DNA from: a virus
Direction: 5' to 3' (one strand)
IMG/VR virus record: IMGVR_UViG_3300021962_000059
Length of the DNA stretch: 64,000 nt
The position numbers and the translations under genes are program-made. The notes beneath the pieces were generated by a model that was given only the letters and a program-made list of their open reading frames with translations, was not told the origin of the DNA and searched no databases. This document shows, one piece after another, positions 1-8,794 of the stretch. How positions within the stretch are numbered: position 1 is the stretch's first letter; every line of letters starts with the position of its first letter.

Positions 1-2396
1 CTTCCCCAATTGGTGTTACGATTAATACCAATTGTTTTTTGAGTTTTTAACCAATCTTGGAACTCTTTAGCTCTTTTCTGCTCGTATTTATCTTTTATAG
101 CTTGACGTTTTCTTTCTAATTCAGCTAGTCTTTCAGGGGATTGAGCAATAGATAAAGATGTGGCTAATCTATTTAGACTATTAACCTCTCTTTGGATTTC
201 TTTTTCTATCTTTTGTTGTTGTCTTTTTTCTTGTTCTTTTCTTTTTTTAGTTAGTTCGGCTCGTTCGTTTATTTCTTGCTTAGTTTTAGGAATACGATTA
301 AGTTTATCGGTTTCTTGCTTAACCGCAATCTTTCTAGCAGACTCTAACTTTTCTAATAATTGAATAGCTCTATCACTGTTAACTCCAAATTGTCTGATAG
401 CAATTTGAACAGCTTTTTGCAATTTATTTAAATAATCGTCATTAATTTGTGGCGAAGTTAAATTTGGACGAGTATAAATTCCTTTTAATTCACTTAAAAC
501 TGGACTAGGTATGCTTTGCCCTTGTTTTAACTTAGATTCAATAACTCGCTCTAATCGCAATTGTCGTTTTAAGTCAGGATTAGCAAAGTTACCGTCAATC
601 TGTTTTGATGCGTTTTTAGACTCTTCAACAATTAATTTAATCTGCTCTTTAATGTAATCACTGGTTTTTTTCCAGTTTTTACGAGCATTAAATGTGGGTC
701 CAGGTGACGCTTCTGATATACCTCCTTGTATTTTTTTAGAATTTCTTTGTGACTCCTGTGTAATCTCATTAATATTTTCTTTAATTGATGCAGTTGTTTT
801 GTCCCAGTTTTGAGATGCTTGTCCAGAAGAAATGGCTTTAAAAATTTGTTTTTCTACATCTGTTTTTGGTGCGCTAACAAAAGCCTCTGTAGCACTAATA
901 GCTTTTTGCGCTGTATTTTTCCGATTAGCAATATCGGCTTGAATTCTTTGAAATTCTGTTCCAAATTTTTTATCTTTTTCTGGCAGATTTTTACCTAAAT
1001 CATTGATTCTTCCTTCTGCTCGTTTTGCTATATCATCATTCAACAAAAACTCAGCTTTTCCTCTTATTTCTCTTATTATTTCTAACGCTTCTGCCAATTC
1101 TTTAGGGTTTAATTTTCTTTTCCCTTTTTCTGCTTTATTAAGTAAAGTTTTTAACCTTTCTCTTTTATCGCCTGTTTTATTAAGTGCCTGCGCTACACTT
1201 TGATACATTTTTGATTGATGCCGAACGTGCGACATCGTTTCTTCAATAAAAGCATCAGTATTTTGCTCTAAATCTTTGTAGTTCCCAGCTATTTCTAACT
1301 TAGGCGCATTTTGTTGTGTAGCTCTTGGTGTACTAATAGCTTGTTCTGACGCTATTTTGCCCGCATTTAATGCGTTGGATTTAAGACTAGGGCTTCTTTC
1401 GGCTAAGACGGGAACTGGCTCTAATCTAGGAATATTTTTGATATTAGCAAGATCAGGTTTAAAAGACTGAGTGTCATTAGCAATATTTGATAGCACTGAA
1501 GACACCAAATTAATAACCGACTCTATGTTCTCTACGGTATTGGCAAATTTAACTGCATTATCAGTTATTTTGTCGATAGCTTGCGCTGTTTTTTGAATGC
1601 TTTTGGCAATTGCATCAGACTGTTCAGTATTAGAAAGTTTTTTAGGTTTAACTCCGTCTTCTGTTTCTGCACTTGATATTCTTTTTGTGTTTTTTTGATT
1701 TTTATTAGTAGCTTTAACGTTTCTAACGTTTAAACTTAGTCCCGCCGTTTCGTCAATTTGAGATAATACTTCGCTAGTTACATCTCCTAAAAATCCTCCT
1801 ATTCCTTCAAGTGAAATATTTGTAGATTTTTTTAAAGAAGATTCTAATCCTTTGCCAATTTTTTTAGATATAACGTTCCCAATTCCTTCAAAAACACCCG
1901 TAAAAACAGCTTCAAAAGGAGCCGTAGCAAATTTTGCAAAATTGGCAGTATTCTGTTTAAATGCTTCTAGATTTTCTTGTAAGCTGTTTTGTGCTGACTC
2001 AGCCATTGAATCAAGGGAGCTTTCAAATCCACTAGAATCAAGAGATATTTCTAGTGAACCTGATAGCAAATCTTGAATTGATTCTAGCTTTTCAAAAAAA
2101 TCATCTAATTTAATTAGATCAACTGATGGAGCTATTGTTTTATCGCTAACCCGATCAATGTGTTTTTCTTTTTCTGATAAATGTTTATTTAAACCATGCA
2201 ATGGACGGTGATCTACTGATGGAACAATTGTTAACTTAGGAATACTTTGTTTAAGAGACCATTCCATGTCTCTAGTGATTTTTTGGGCATGATCCTCAAG
2301 AGAAGAAAGCTGGTCTTTAGCCGATTTGATACCGCTATCATATTGGGCTGTATTTAGCCCTAGACCGATTTCTAAAGTACCAAGCGATAAAGACAT
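1..2396 (-). CDS. Tail tape measure protein, N-terminal ~798 codons (C-terminus lies beyond the window start)
   Basis: The minus-strand frame is open from ATG 2396-2394 to position 1. It is missing from the ORF track because no stop falls in the window. Long Lys/Glu/Gln/Asn-rich helical sequence. It follows the G/GT chaperone pair with a TAATG stop-start overlap. Confidence 0.75.
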   Translation of the reverse strand, partial: MSLSLGTLEIGLGLNTAQYDSGIKSAKDQLSSLEDHAQKITRDMEWSLKQSIPKLTIVPSVDHRPLHGLNKHLSEKEKHIDRVSDKTIAPSVDLIKLDDFFEKLESIQDLLSGSLEISLDSSGFESSLDSMAESAQNSLQENLEAFKQNTANFAKFATAPFEAVFTGVFEGIGNVISKKIGKGLESSLKKSTNISLEGIGGFLGDVTSEVLSQIDETAGLSLNVRNVKATNKNQKNTKRISSAETEDGVKPKKLSNTEQSDAIAKSIQKTAQAIDKITDNAVKFANTVENIESVINLVSSVLSNIANDTQSFKPDLANIKNIPRLEPVPVLAERSPSLKSNALNAGKIASEQAISTPRATQQNAPKLEIAGNYKDLEQNTDAFIEETMSHVRHQSKMYQSVAQALNKTGDKRERLKTLLNKAEKGKRKLNPKELAEALEIIREIRGKAEFLLNDDIAKRAEGRINDLGKNLPEKDKKFGTEFQRIQADIANRKNTAQKAISATEAFVSAPKTDVEKQIFKAISSGQASQNWDKTTASIKENINEITQESQRNSKKIQGGISEASPGPTFNARKNWKKTSDYIKEQIKLIVEESKNASKQIDGNFANPDLKRQLRLERVIESKLKQGQSIPSPVLSELKGIYTRPNLTSPQINDDYLNKLQKAVQIAIRQFGVNSDRAIQLLEKLESARKIAVKQETDKLNRIPKTKQEINERAELTKKRKEQEKRQQQKIEKEIQREVNSLNRLATSLSIAQSPERLAELERKRQAIKDKYEQKRAKEFQDWLKTQKTIGINRNTNWG

Positions 2397-2857
2397 TAGC
2401 TTTTCTCCCCTATTAATTGAATTATTTCGTCGTATAGTCCGCAATCGACTATTATCTGAGTGGCGAAGACTGGCACTTGTCCAGTTTTCATGGCTTCTAA
2501 CAAAATTTGAGCGGTTTCTTGATCAAGAAAATATTTTTTATTTTCTTTGAACTGGTAAGGCAGAAAATCACTAGGATTAAGACTTTGTGACTTGGAACCT
2601 TCCTTAGATTGCGCTATTAGGTAGGCGTGAACCATGGCGGCAATCTGACTAACCGTACCCGATAGCGAATTGATCTCTTCTGCCTTGACTTTTTGAATCC
2701 CTGAATATTTTTTTAGGATTAACCAGTCTGGCCACTCTTCCCACTCTTCGATAGATAACCCCCATGCACACCATTTGTAATAGATTTCTTCCCAATTAAT
2801 GGGGTTAGCGATTGCTTCTAACCGCGCATTAATTGCGTCTTCTATTCGTTTTTTTCG
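2396..2857 (-). CDS. gpT-like -1 frame extension of the tail assembly chaperone (expected only as a G-T fusion)
   Basis: The -1 frame is open for 153 codons, from 2857 to TAA at 2396-2398. The first 74 codons contain no ATG, GTG or TTG. The sequence is protein-like and Trp-rich (INWEEIYYKWCAWGLSIEEWEEW). Confidence 0.55.
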   Translation of the reverse strand, partial: RKKRIEDAINARLEAIANPINWEEIYYKWCAWGLSIEEWEEWPDWLILKKYSGIQKVKAEEINSLSGTVSQIAAMVHAYLIAQSKEGSKSQSLNPSDFLPYQFKENKKYFLDQETAQILLEAMKTGQVPVFATQIIVDCGLYDEIIQLIGEKS

Positions 2858-3627
2858 TCATCCTCCGTTGGCTCTGACTCTGTTTTTTCAGGTTCTGGTT
2901 TTTCAGGTTCTGGGTTTTGCCACTGGGTTATATCCTGCCAGAGATAGTCTTGATAGAGTTTTACTACCATAAATTGGGACATATCATTAATGTCTTCTAT
3001 AGTAAAGTCAACAGAAGATTTATCTTTGAGCTTAACTACCCGGCGAGGACTACCTAAAAAGTTAGCTAACAAGGCTTTATTGTAAGTTTCGTAGGTTGTT
3101 TCTCGATCCTTAAATAAAGCGTTTAATTCATCGAGATAAGGCTCTACAAGTTCTATAGATTCTCTTGTTAGTTCTCTTGTTTTTTTGCGGTTGTTTAATA
3201 TCGATTGCTGTACAATAGCGGCGGTTTCTACTTTTTGCTCTACGCTGTCAGATTTTACCCCGTCAAGGGCATCAACCATTACTTGCTCAATCCGCTCTCG
3301 GATCGAACCGTCATTAACTACCACCCCTTCAATTTCAGAGGTGGATAGCCCCGTTTTTTGCCCAATAGCTTTAATTCTCTCAAGATAAGCTTTATCAGCT
3401 TTTTCTCGTGCTTCTAGGTATTCCTTAACTGTTTCATTTTCCTTTGGATTAATCCCGTATCGTTTTAAAAACTTAATACCGATTTCCCCGTTTTCTTCAG
3501 TAGCAATTGCGTCTATCTTTTCTAATAAAGCATCATTGTCTTGGATATAATAAAGCCATTCTTTTTTTAAAGGGAAAAAGAATGTTTCATTGAACTTCAC
3601 TTTTCCTAACACGCTTAACTTCGCCAT
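2842..3627 (-). CDS. Tail assembly chaperone, gpG-like 0-frame product (261 aa, acidic C-terminus)
   Basis: Lies between the tube protein and the tape measure. It ends ...GAA AAA AAC GAA TAG, with a slippery heptamer 2 codons before the stop. Confidence 0.5.
   Translation of the reverse strand: MAKLSVLGKVKFNETFFFPLKKEWLYYIQDNDALLEKIDAIATEENGEIGIKFLKRYGINPKENETVKEYLEAREKADKAYLERIKAIGQKTGLSTSEIEGVVVNDGSIRERIEQVMVDALDGVKSDSVEQKVETAAIVQQSILNNRKKTRELTRESIELVEPYLDELNALFKDRETTYETYNKALLANFLGSPRRVVKLKDKSSVDFTIEDINDMSQFMVVKLYQDYLWQDITQWQNPEPEKPEPEKTESEPTEDDEKNE
2848..2854 (-). promoter_or_regulatory. -1 programmed frameshift slippery heptamer A AAA AAC
   Basis: Canonical X XXY YYZ heptamer in the 0 frame of 2842..3627. 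After a -1 slip the reading continues CGA ATA GAA... into the open T frame. Confidence 0.6.
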
Positions 3628-3883
3628 TTATTTTTACCTTTTGATTTCTTTTTGCACTTTGTTCTGTATTGAGCCACAGAGGATCAAGGGTTACAGATAC
3701 CTGTATTCTTTCTTGATTTTTTGTTCCGTCTGGTGGTTCGATTAATGTTTTTTCTTGTTGACCTATTTCTCGATCAAACGTACCGAAGGAAAACAAGAGG
3801 TAATTATTAATTATTTTGCAGTTAACTAACATCACCTCTTCGTTTTCATCAACAAGAAGGTTAACCGTTTTAATTGAGGTCAT
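3587..3883 (-). CDS. Hypothetical protein (98 aa) in the tail module
   Basis: ORF overlaps both neighbours (14 nt and 41 nt), as in tightly packed tail operons. No motif recognised. Confidence 0.4.
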   Translation of the reverse strand: MTSIKTVNLLVDENEEVMLVNCKIINNYLLFSFGTFDREIGQQEKTLIEPPDGTKNQERIQVSVTLDPLWLNTEQSAKRNQKVKINGEVKRVRKSEVQ

Positions 3884-4610
3884 CGGCTACATTGGGAGAG
3901 AATGGCGACGTTGCCATCGGTTTAATGTCGATTACATTGCCACTAATGGTTAGTGTGATATTCCCCTGTAAGAAGTTACCCTTTTCTCCACTAACATTTT
4001 GGCTAACATTTGTCTGGAATCCTAAACCGCCGCGCTGTCCCATGTAGATAATTTCGAGATAAATTCGCGCACCTTTTTGCTCTGCAGCCTTAATGATTTC
4101 ATAACCAGGATCGCCAAATACAACCGCACCCGATACCGATCCGGTACTCATAATCTCGGAGATGAATTTTTCAACCGCAATTTCGGTGAAAACACTATCA
4201 CTTACCTCAGTAGTAGAAGTATCAACGTTAAAGGTTTTTGCACTTATAAGCGGAACCCAAGATTTAAGCGTGCATTTTTGCGCGGGGGTAGCAAGGGATG
4301 CGGCAACTTTAGCAGGCTCGATCTGAATTGCTGTCTGAGTGGCTGTGGTTTTTGTCCGAACCACAACGTAGTCGCTACTACTAGCACCGAGATAAATAAG
4401 AGTACCGGGGTAAAGGATTCTACCAAATCCCCCCGTAGCCACAGTGAGGGTCGTGTCACCCAAGACAACCGCGGCAGCTAAATCGGCTTCTCGCGTCGGA
4501 GGATCTTCTCCAAACCCGTAAACACCCGATATGAAAAATCTTGTATCACGGGACGGTGTGAGGTTGTCACTCCGATTCAACTCTAAAATCTGATTACTCA
4601 TTCTGATCAC
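3870..4610 (-). CDS. Major tail (tube) protein
   Basis: 246 aa, Gly/Thr/Val-rich beta-type sequence. Conserved position upstream of the chaperones and tape measure. Confidence 0.55.
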   Translation of the reverse strand: MIRMSNQILELNRSDNLTPSRDTRFFISGVYGFGEDPPTREADLAAAVVLGDTTLTVATGGFGRILYPGTLIYLGASSSDYVVVRTKTTATQTAIQIEPAKVAASLATPAQKCTLKSWVPLISAKTFNVDTSTTEVSDSVFTEIAVEKFISEIMSTGSVSGAVVFGDPGYEIIKAAEQKGARIYLEIIYMGQRGGLGFQTNVSQNVSGEKGNFLQGNITLTISGNVIDIKPMATSPFSPNVADDLN

Positions 4611-4670
4611 TAACTAAACTTTTCTAGTTATATTGTACTATAAAGTTTAGAAAGTTAGTATTTATGTACT

Positions 4671-5120
4671 CTAGAAATCTAAAAGTCTAGCAGTAGTGAT
4701 TTTAAAAGTCGCTTTTGGTCTAATAATCCCTTCAGAAGTTTTGGTGTAAGGAGTTAGGCGCGGCTGATCTAGAAAATTCCAGTAGCGAGAAGATTTAAGT
4801 CTTTCAATTACTGGCGTTAAAGATTTCTCTAGATTATATTGTTTTAAGGTAATGCAATAGTTATTTATGCCTACGGTATAGCCTAATAGGTTTTCGTGAT
4901 AGGGGTCGGGTTCCCTCTGAATAATCGCTTCGATTCCACTATTAGGCTTTATTTTATAGTTAGCGGGTAGTTCGGGAGGTTCTACCCAGATAGCGTCAAT
5001 TTCATTTAATTTTTGCCCTGTAGGGCTTGTTATTTCGTATTTACCTAAGTCAATACCGATAAGTATTTTTAAATTGTTTCTAATACCTAACAAAATATCT
5101 CTTAATTCTGATTCAGTCAT
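4671..5120 (-). CDS. Hypothetical neck/tail-completion protein
   Basis: 149 aa ORF that overlaps the gp10-like gene by 8 nt. Called by position only. Confidence 0.4.
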   Translation of the reverse strand: MTESELRDILLGIRNNLKILIGIDLGKYEITSPTGQKLNEIDAIWVEPPELPANYKIKPNSGIEAIIQREPDPYHENLLGYTVGINNYCITLKQYNLEKSLTPVIERLKSSRYWNFLDQPRLTPYTKTSEGIIRPKATFKITTARLLDF

Positions 5121-5511
5121 TTAATTTTTCCTTTAAAATTTCACTATAAGCTTCAATTGGATTATAGTCTTCTATAGCTGTGTCTATAAAAGGTCGTGCG
5201 GGAACGTCTGTCACTGTCCCGTCGTTACGCTCTATCTGGTATCCTTCATGAACAAGAGCGGCGTAATCAGCCGTATAACCGACTACTTTATAGGTATCCG
5301 AAACATCTTCGATAAATTGACTATTTTTTAACTCACCTGTATCTACAATGTCCCGGGGTGAGCCAACTACACTACCATTTTTTCGCACGGTTTCCCGTGG
5401 CCAAGGCCATTTAGTATCTTCTATCTGAAAGTTAATCTCTTGGGCAAATTCGCCCACCATTTCGTCAAAAGACTCTATGGCTAATTGTTTTCCTAAATTC
5501 CAGTTAATCAT
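5113..5511 (-). CDS. HK97 gp10-family tail-completion / head-tail adaptor protein
   Basis: C-terminal motif ALVHEGYQ...VPARPFIDTAI resembles the HK97 gp10-like family signature. Position in the neck module agrees. Confidence 0.55.
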   Translation of the reverse strand: MINWNLGKQLAIESFDEMVGEFAQEINFQIEDTKWPWPRETVRKNGSVVGSPRDIVDTGELKNSQFIEDVSDTYKVVGYTADYAALVHEGYQIERNDGTVTDVPARPFIDTAIEDYNPIEAYSEILKEKLND

Positions 5512-5567
5512 TAAAAAATAGCCGTAAAGACAACTTACAGCTATTATAACAAGTTTGAATTAGTCGC

Positions 5568-5912
5568 TTATGGACAGTCGGTATTAATCCCCATAATCTC
5601 GCAAGCTTCAAAAAATTTATCTATTCCCCCAAATGTGTCAGGAGTAAGATTCTCGTGGGTAAATAAGCATCGAAGTTCTTCAATAATGCGATCACCCCTA
5701 AGTTTTCTTTGATAATCTTCTGGAGATGCGTATAACTCCCATTTATGCCCTTTTATTGCGCGATGGGTTTTAATATTGAACTTTTTGCCGTCAACCACTA
5801 TATATTTTTGATCAACTGATTCAATAGCTCCCCATCTACAAGTTCCATCTTCATAGGGAATCACCGCCCATACTTTAACCCCTTCTTTAATCTCGAAATC
5901 TTTCGGTAACAT
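5568..5912 (-). CDS. Hypothetical protein (114 aa)
   Basis: Intact ORF on the operon strand. No motif recognised. Confidence 0.45.
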   Translation of the reverse strand: MLPKDFEIKEGVKVWAVIPYEDGTCRWGAIESVDQKYIVVDGKKFNIKTHRAIKGHKWELYASPEDYQRKLRGDRIIEELRCLFTHENLTPDTFGGIDKFFEACEIMGINTDCP

Positions 5913-5925
5913 AAGTTTCCTTAAT

Positions 5926-6207
5926 CTAAAACCCTGATTGAATATAGGTCACGACGACATCGTGAATAAACTTAATATCTGTAGTTATACTTGTTTGATC
6001 GCCATAGTCTTTATCGTTATTCTGCAAAATGACGATAAATTTATTCAATCGACAAAGATAACGTACTCCTATCTGGGAATTTTTTATTCTTGCCCAATAT
6101 CCGTCATTATTGTCAGGAGATTGATTTTGCTCAAATTCCCAAAATTCCCAAAGATAATAGGGAATATTTTTTTTGATTGTAGATTGAAACTCTTGAAATG
6201 ATAACAT
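5926..6207 (-). CDS. Hypothetical protein (93 aa)
   Basis: Intact ORF preceded by a heptamer-repeat leader. Confidence 0.4.
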   Translation of the reverse strand: MLSFQEFQSTIKKNIPYYLWEFWEFEQNQSPDNNDGYWARIKNSQIGVRYLCRLNKFIVILQNNDKDYGDQTSITTDIKFIHDVVVTYIQSGF

Positions 6208-6228
6208 AATTGCCTCTGTTGATTTGTT

Positions 6229-6250
6229 GCTGATAGCTGATAACTGATTA
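6229..6250 (-). repeat. Phased heptamer repeats (minus strand nTATCAG / CAGTTAT type)
   Basis: Minus strand reads TAATCAG TTATCAG CTATCAG between the FGE stop and the next start. Confidence 0.8.
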
Positions 6251-6254
6251 GGAA

Positions 6255-6977
6255 CTAATTGTCACAGACTACCCGGAAGCCATAGTTAAAATCTGAGACA
6301 CGGTGATGGAGACAGCCTCGGTAGCTGCAATAGCAGTTAATCACATCGTTAACCCAAGAGCCACCCCGACGCACGACAATATCTTTGTAAGATTTATTGC
6401 TAGTTTCTGTCCAAGCACTGCCATCTGTCGGCGCACCGTCATAGCTATCGTGCCAAGTATCAGCGCACCACTCCCAAACATTACCAATCATGTCATATAA
6501 TCCCCAATTGTTAGGCCGTTTTAATCCTACAGGATGAGTTCTTTCCTGAGAATTTCTGTAATACTAAGCGTAGTCTCCTAACTCATTAGCATCATTGCCA
6601 TAATAAAAGCGAGTAGTAGTCCCTGCCCGACAAGCATACTCCCATTCGGCTTCCGTCGGTAGGCGATAGGTTTTGCCGGTTATTTGACTTAATTTCTGAC
6701 AAAAAGCTTGAGCATCGTTCCAACTAACATTTTCTACCGGATTTTGAGGATTATTTGAAAAATGAGAGGGATTTATTCCCATTACTGCTTCATATTGTGC
6801 CTGAGTCACTGGATATTTTCCAATCGCAAAACTTATAAGGTAAACCTTGTTGCAAGGTTTTTCATCTTTGGGATGGTTGCAATCTAAAGACAAAGTACCC
6901 ATCAAAAAGTTTCCTGTTGGCACGATTATCATTTCTAATGCGACCTGATTAGGCAAGGTTTCAGTAAATTGGTTCAT
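6255..6977 (-). pseudogene. FGE-sulfatase (SUMF1/EgtB-like) domain gene interrupted by one in-frame TAG
   Basis: ORFs 6564..6977 and 6255..6491 share one frame. Joined, they read ...NDANELGDYA[TAG]YYRNSQERTHPVGLKRPNNWGLYDMIGNVWEWC...RGGSW...GFRVV. The TAG (6564-6566) sits where family members have Trp (AWY). Confidence 0.7.
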
Positions 6978-7007
6978 TTCTTACTCCTAAGTGTTTTGTT
7001 TTTGACG

Positions 7008-7046
7008 GATGATAGCTGATAACTGATAACTGACTACTGATTACTG
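7008..7046 (-). repeat. Phased heptamer repeat leader
   Basis: Minus strand reads CAGTAAT CAGTAGT CAGTTAT CAGTTAT CAGCTAT CATCCGT CAAAAAC AAAACAC TTAGGAG, then ATG at 6977. Confidence 0.85.
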
Positions 7047-7048
7047 TT

Positions 7049-7324
7049 TCACCAAATTACTGAAAAGATAGACGGGATTAATAGCCTAAGTGGACAAATA
7101 ACACCGTTACTTTTAAACTGAATAACGTTACACTGCCTCATCCACTCAATATGATAGTAGTAGTAATGACCGTCTCCGTCTTTCTCTTTAACTATTACTG
7201 GATACTATCCAGTAATTATTTTTCTTAGCGAAGAAAAACTTAAAAGAGGTTTTTTCTCAGAAAATAACTCTTGATATTTTGCTTCGTCTATCTTAAACCG
7301 TTGGTATTCTGCTTTAGTTATCAT
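7049..7324 (-). other. 92-codon reading frame with an in-frame TAG at 7205-7207 (39 aa ORF plus a 51-codon open continuation)
   Basis: ATG 7324 has a TTAGGAG SD and encodes MITKAEYQRFKIDEAKYQELFSEKKPLLSFSSLRKIITG. After the TAG the frame continues YPVIVKEKDGDGHYYYYHIEWMRQCNVIQFKSNGVICPL... to TGA 7049-7051. Confidence 0.3.
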
Positions 7325-7350
7325 TTTGATACTCCTAAGTGATTTGTTTT

Positions 7351-7378
7351 TGATTACTGATAACTGATAACTGATTAT
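7351..7378 (-). repeat. Phased heptamer repeat leader
   Basis: Minus strand reads TTATAAT CAGTTAT CAGTTAT CAGTAAT CAAAAAC AAATCAC TTAGGAG TATCAAA ATG. Confidence 0.85.
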
Positions 7379-7521
7379 AACGCCGGATATTTGTCTAGCA
7401 CTGTTTGTGCTTCCTGATTTAAAGATTGAGCAAATAACTCAATCTCTTTGCAGAAAATTCGAGCCTTTTTAATTTCAGGTGGAGTTTGCGTTGTTTCGAT
7501 TAGTTGTTTGACGTTATCCAT
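7375..7521 (-). CDS. Small early protein (48 aa, below the ORF-track cutoff)
   Basis: ATG at 7521-7519 lies the same distance after the GAGGA SD of cassette 1 as in the other cassettes. Encodes MDNVKQLIETTQTPPEIKKARIFCKEIELFAQSLNQEAQTVLDKYPAL. Confidence 0.45.
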   Translation of the reverse strand: MDNVKQLIETTQTPPEIKKARIFCKEIELFAQSLNQEAQTVLDKYPAL

Positions 7522-7625
7522 AATCTTGTGTCCTCGTGTTTTGTTTACTTGATCCTATCTTACGATATTCTCCCAGAAATGTCAACTATCTGGGAGAATT
7601 ATTTTTCTGAACGTTTGTACTACTG
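7522..7625 (-). promoter_or_regulatory. Early promoter-operator-leader cassette 1
   Basis: -35 TTGACA (7585-7580), 17 bp spacer, -10 TAAGAT (7562-7557). Ten-bp inverted arms TTCTCCCAGA/TCTGGGAGAA (7568-7598) bracket the -35. The leader reads AAACAAAACACGAGGAC. Confidence 0.7.
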
Positions 7626-7641
7626 ATAACTGATAACTGGT
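7621..7641 (-). repeat. Phased heptamer repeats upstream of cassette 1
   Basis: Minus strand reads CCAGTTAT CAGTTAT CAGTAGT and runs into the conserved cassette 5' end AGTAGTACAAACGTTCA. Confidence 0.8.
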
Positions 7642-7643
7642 AT

Positions 7644-8699
7644 TTAACTAATCTCTATATCATTAGCATCAGCAAAATCGTTAATGTCCATAAACCAGTC
7701 TTCCCAGTCATCGGGGTCAGACAGATTGACTTTATCCATTGACCAGTGTCCTAGCTGTAAATATAGCCCTGCCTTCCACTTATCAGGATATGGATACAAC
7801 TGATTCTCTTTTTCGGTATCAGTAGGGGTGAGGATAAACTGGAGAATATCTTTCCCCCACTTGCCTTTTTTGACGCTATAGAAGCAGGATAAGGCATTAA
7901 TGAGGTCGTCGCACTCCTGCTGGTAGTCAGCAAAGTTCTCAGGGAGTGTAAATTTGGGTCGCTTTTTAGCCGTCCGTTTAGGTTTTGGTTGAGGCTCTGA
8001 TTGATTTTTTAGTTGCTTATTTTCCTGTTCTAATTCGTGGATACGAATGTGTAACTGAGTAACAGATTCGTTTAAGACTGTTATCTGATTTGTTTTTTGT
8101 TGCAGTAGATAAACCGCACATTCTAAATCGTGAACTCGTTGTTTTAGGCTGTCAATCCATGCTTCGTTGTATTCTTTACTCTGTTCTAATTCTTGATTTT
8201 TTTTCTCCAGAATTTCATTTTTTGTTTCTAGTTCCTCAACTAATTCGTTTAGGGTAGAAGCTTCGGTATTTAATCGAGGTGATTGAGGTATTAAACTAAT
8301 AGTCCAATCATCCAGTCCAGAAGACTCAGGTTCACCTAACAGTATATTGACAAGCGCAACTTGTCGTTTTTCAGAAAACGATAACTCGTCATCGGTCTTT
8401 AATTCATTTTCCTGATTTTCTGGAAGGGTGTATTCACAATCATCTAGGTAATCCCAAAGATCGTAACAATTGCGAGACTTGTAATCTTCTTGACTAAAGT
8501 TTTCTAGTGCGTCAAAAAGCTTCTGAGTGTCATAGTCAGCTAAATAAACACCTCGATTTTTAATCGTAACGTAATCGTCATTATCAGTCACTGATAATAT
8601 TCCGTGGTTCCCTTCAAAGTATCTTTGGTTAATTTGATCGAGATTGTTCTCAATACGTTTAATAATTGTCGATCTTTCGTAAAATTCGATGGAAGTCAT
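7644..8699 (-). CDS. Acidic early protein with central coiled coil (351 aa); N-domain paralogous to 8795..9331
   Basis: Start moved to ATG 8699 (MTSIEFYE...). The upstream 21 codons of the track ORF are the translated promoter cassette. Shares the motif CYDLWDYLDDCEYT. Confidence 0.6.
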   Translation of the reverse strand: MTSIEFYERSTIIKRIENNLDQINQRYFEGNHGILSVTDNDDYVTIKNRGVYLADYDTQKLFDALENFSQEDYKSRNCYDLWDYLDDCEYTLPENQENELKTDDELSFSEKRQVALVNILLGEPESSGLDDWTISLIPQSPRLNTEASTLNELVEELETKNEILEKKNQELEQSKEYNEAWIDSLKQRVHDLECAVYLLQQKTNQITVLNESVTQLHIRIHELEQENKQLKNQSEPQPKPKRTAKKRPKFTLPENFADYQQECDDLINALSCFYSVKKGKWGKDILQFILTPTDTEKENQLYPYPDKWKAGLYLQLGHWSMDKVNLSDPDDWEDWFMDINDFADANDIEIS

Positions 8700-8794
8700 G
8701 ATTTGTGTCCTCGTGTTTTGTTTGCCTAGATTTATCTTACAAGATTCTCCCATAAAAGTCAATAGATTGGGAGAATTATTTCTGAACAGGTGTA
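8700..8794 (-). promoter_or_regulatory. Early promoter-operator-leader cassette 2
   Basis: -35 TTGACT (8762-8757), 17 bp spacer, -10 TAAGAT (8739-8734). TTCTCCCA...TGGGAGAA arms and a GAGGA SD. Confidence 0.7.

Noticed and set aside
160-2550. Plus-strand ORFs 160..363, 810..998, 1003..1203, 1852..2076 and 2326..2550
   Set aside because: All lie antisense to a continuous ~800-codon minus-strand frame (the tape measure). Their translations are Phe/Leu/Ser/Cys-rich low-complexity sequence, typical of the reverse strand of a Lys/Glu-rich gene.
4077-4481. ORFs 4077..4481 (+) and 4244..4468 (-) nested in the tube protein gene; similarly 3185..3388, 5938..6201, 6303..6500, 7751..7933, 9219..9416, 9471..9674, 10063..10251, 10494..10715, 12107..12328 and 13425..13616
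   Set aside because: All are fully embedded in, or antisense to, longer ORFs that have better coding character and fit the operon layout. None has an independent start signal.
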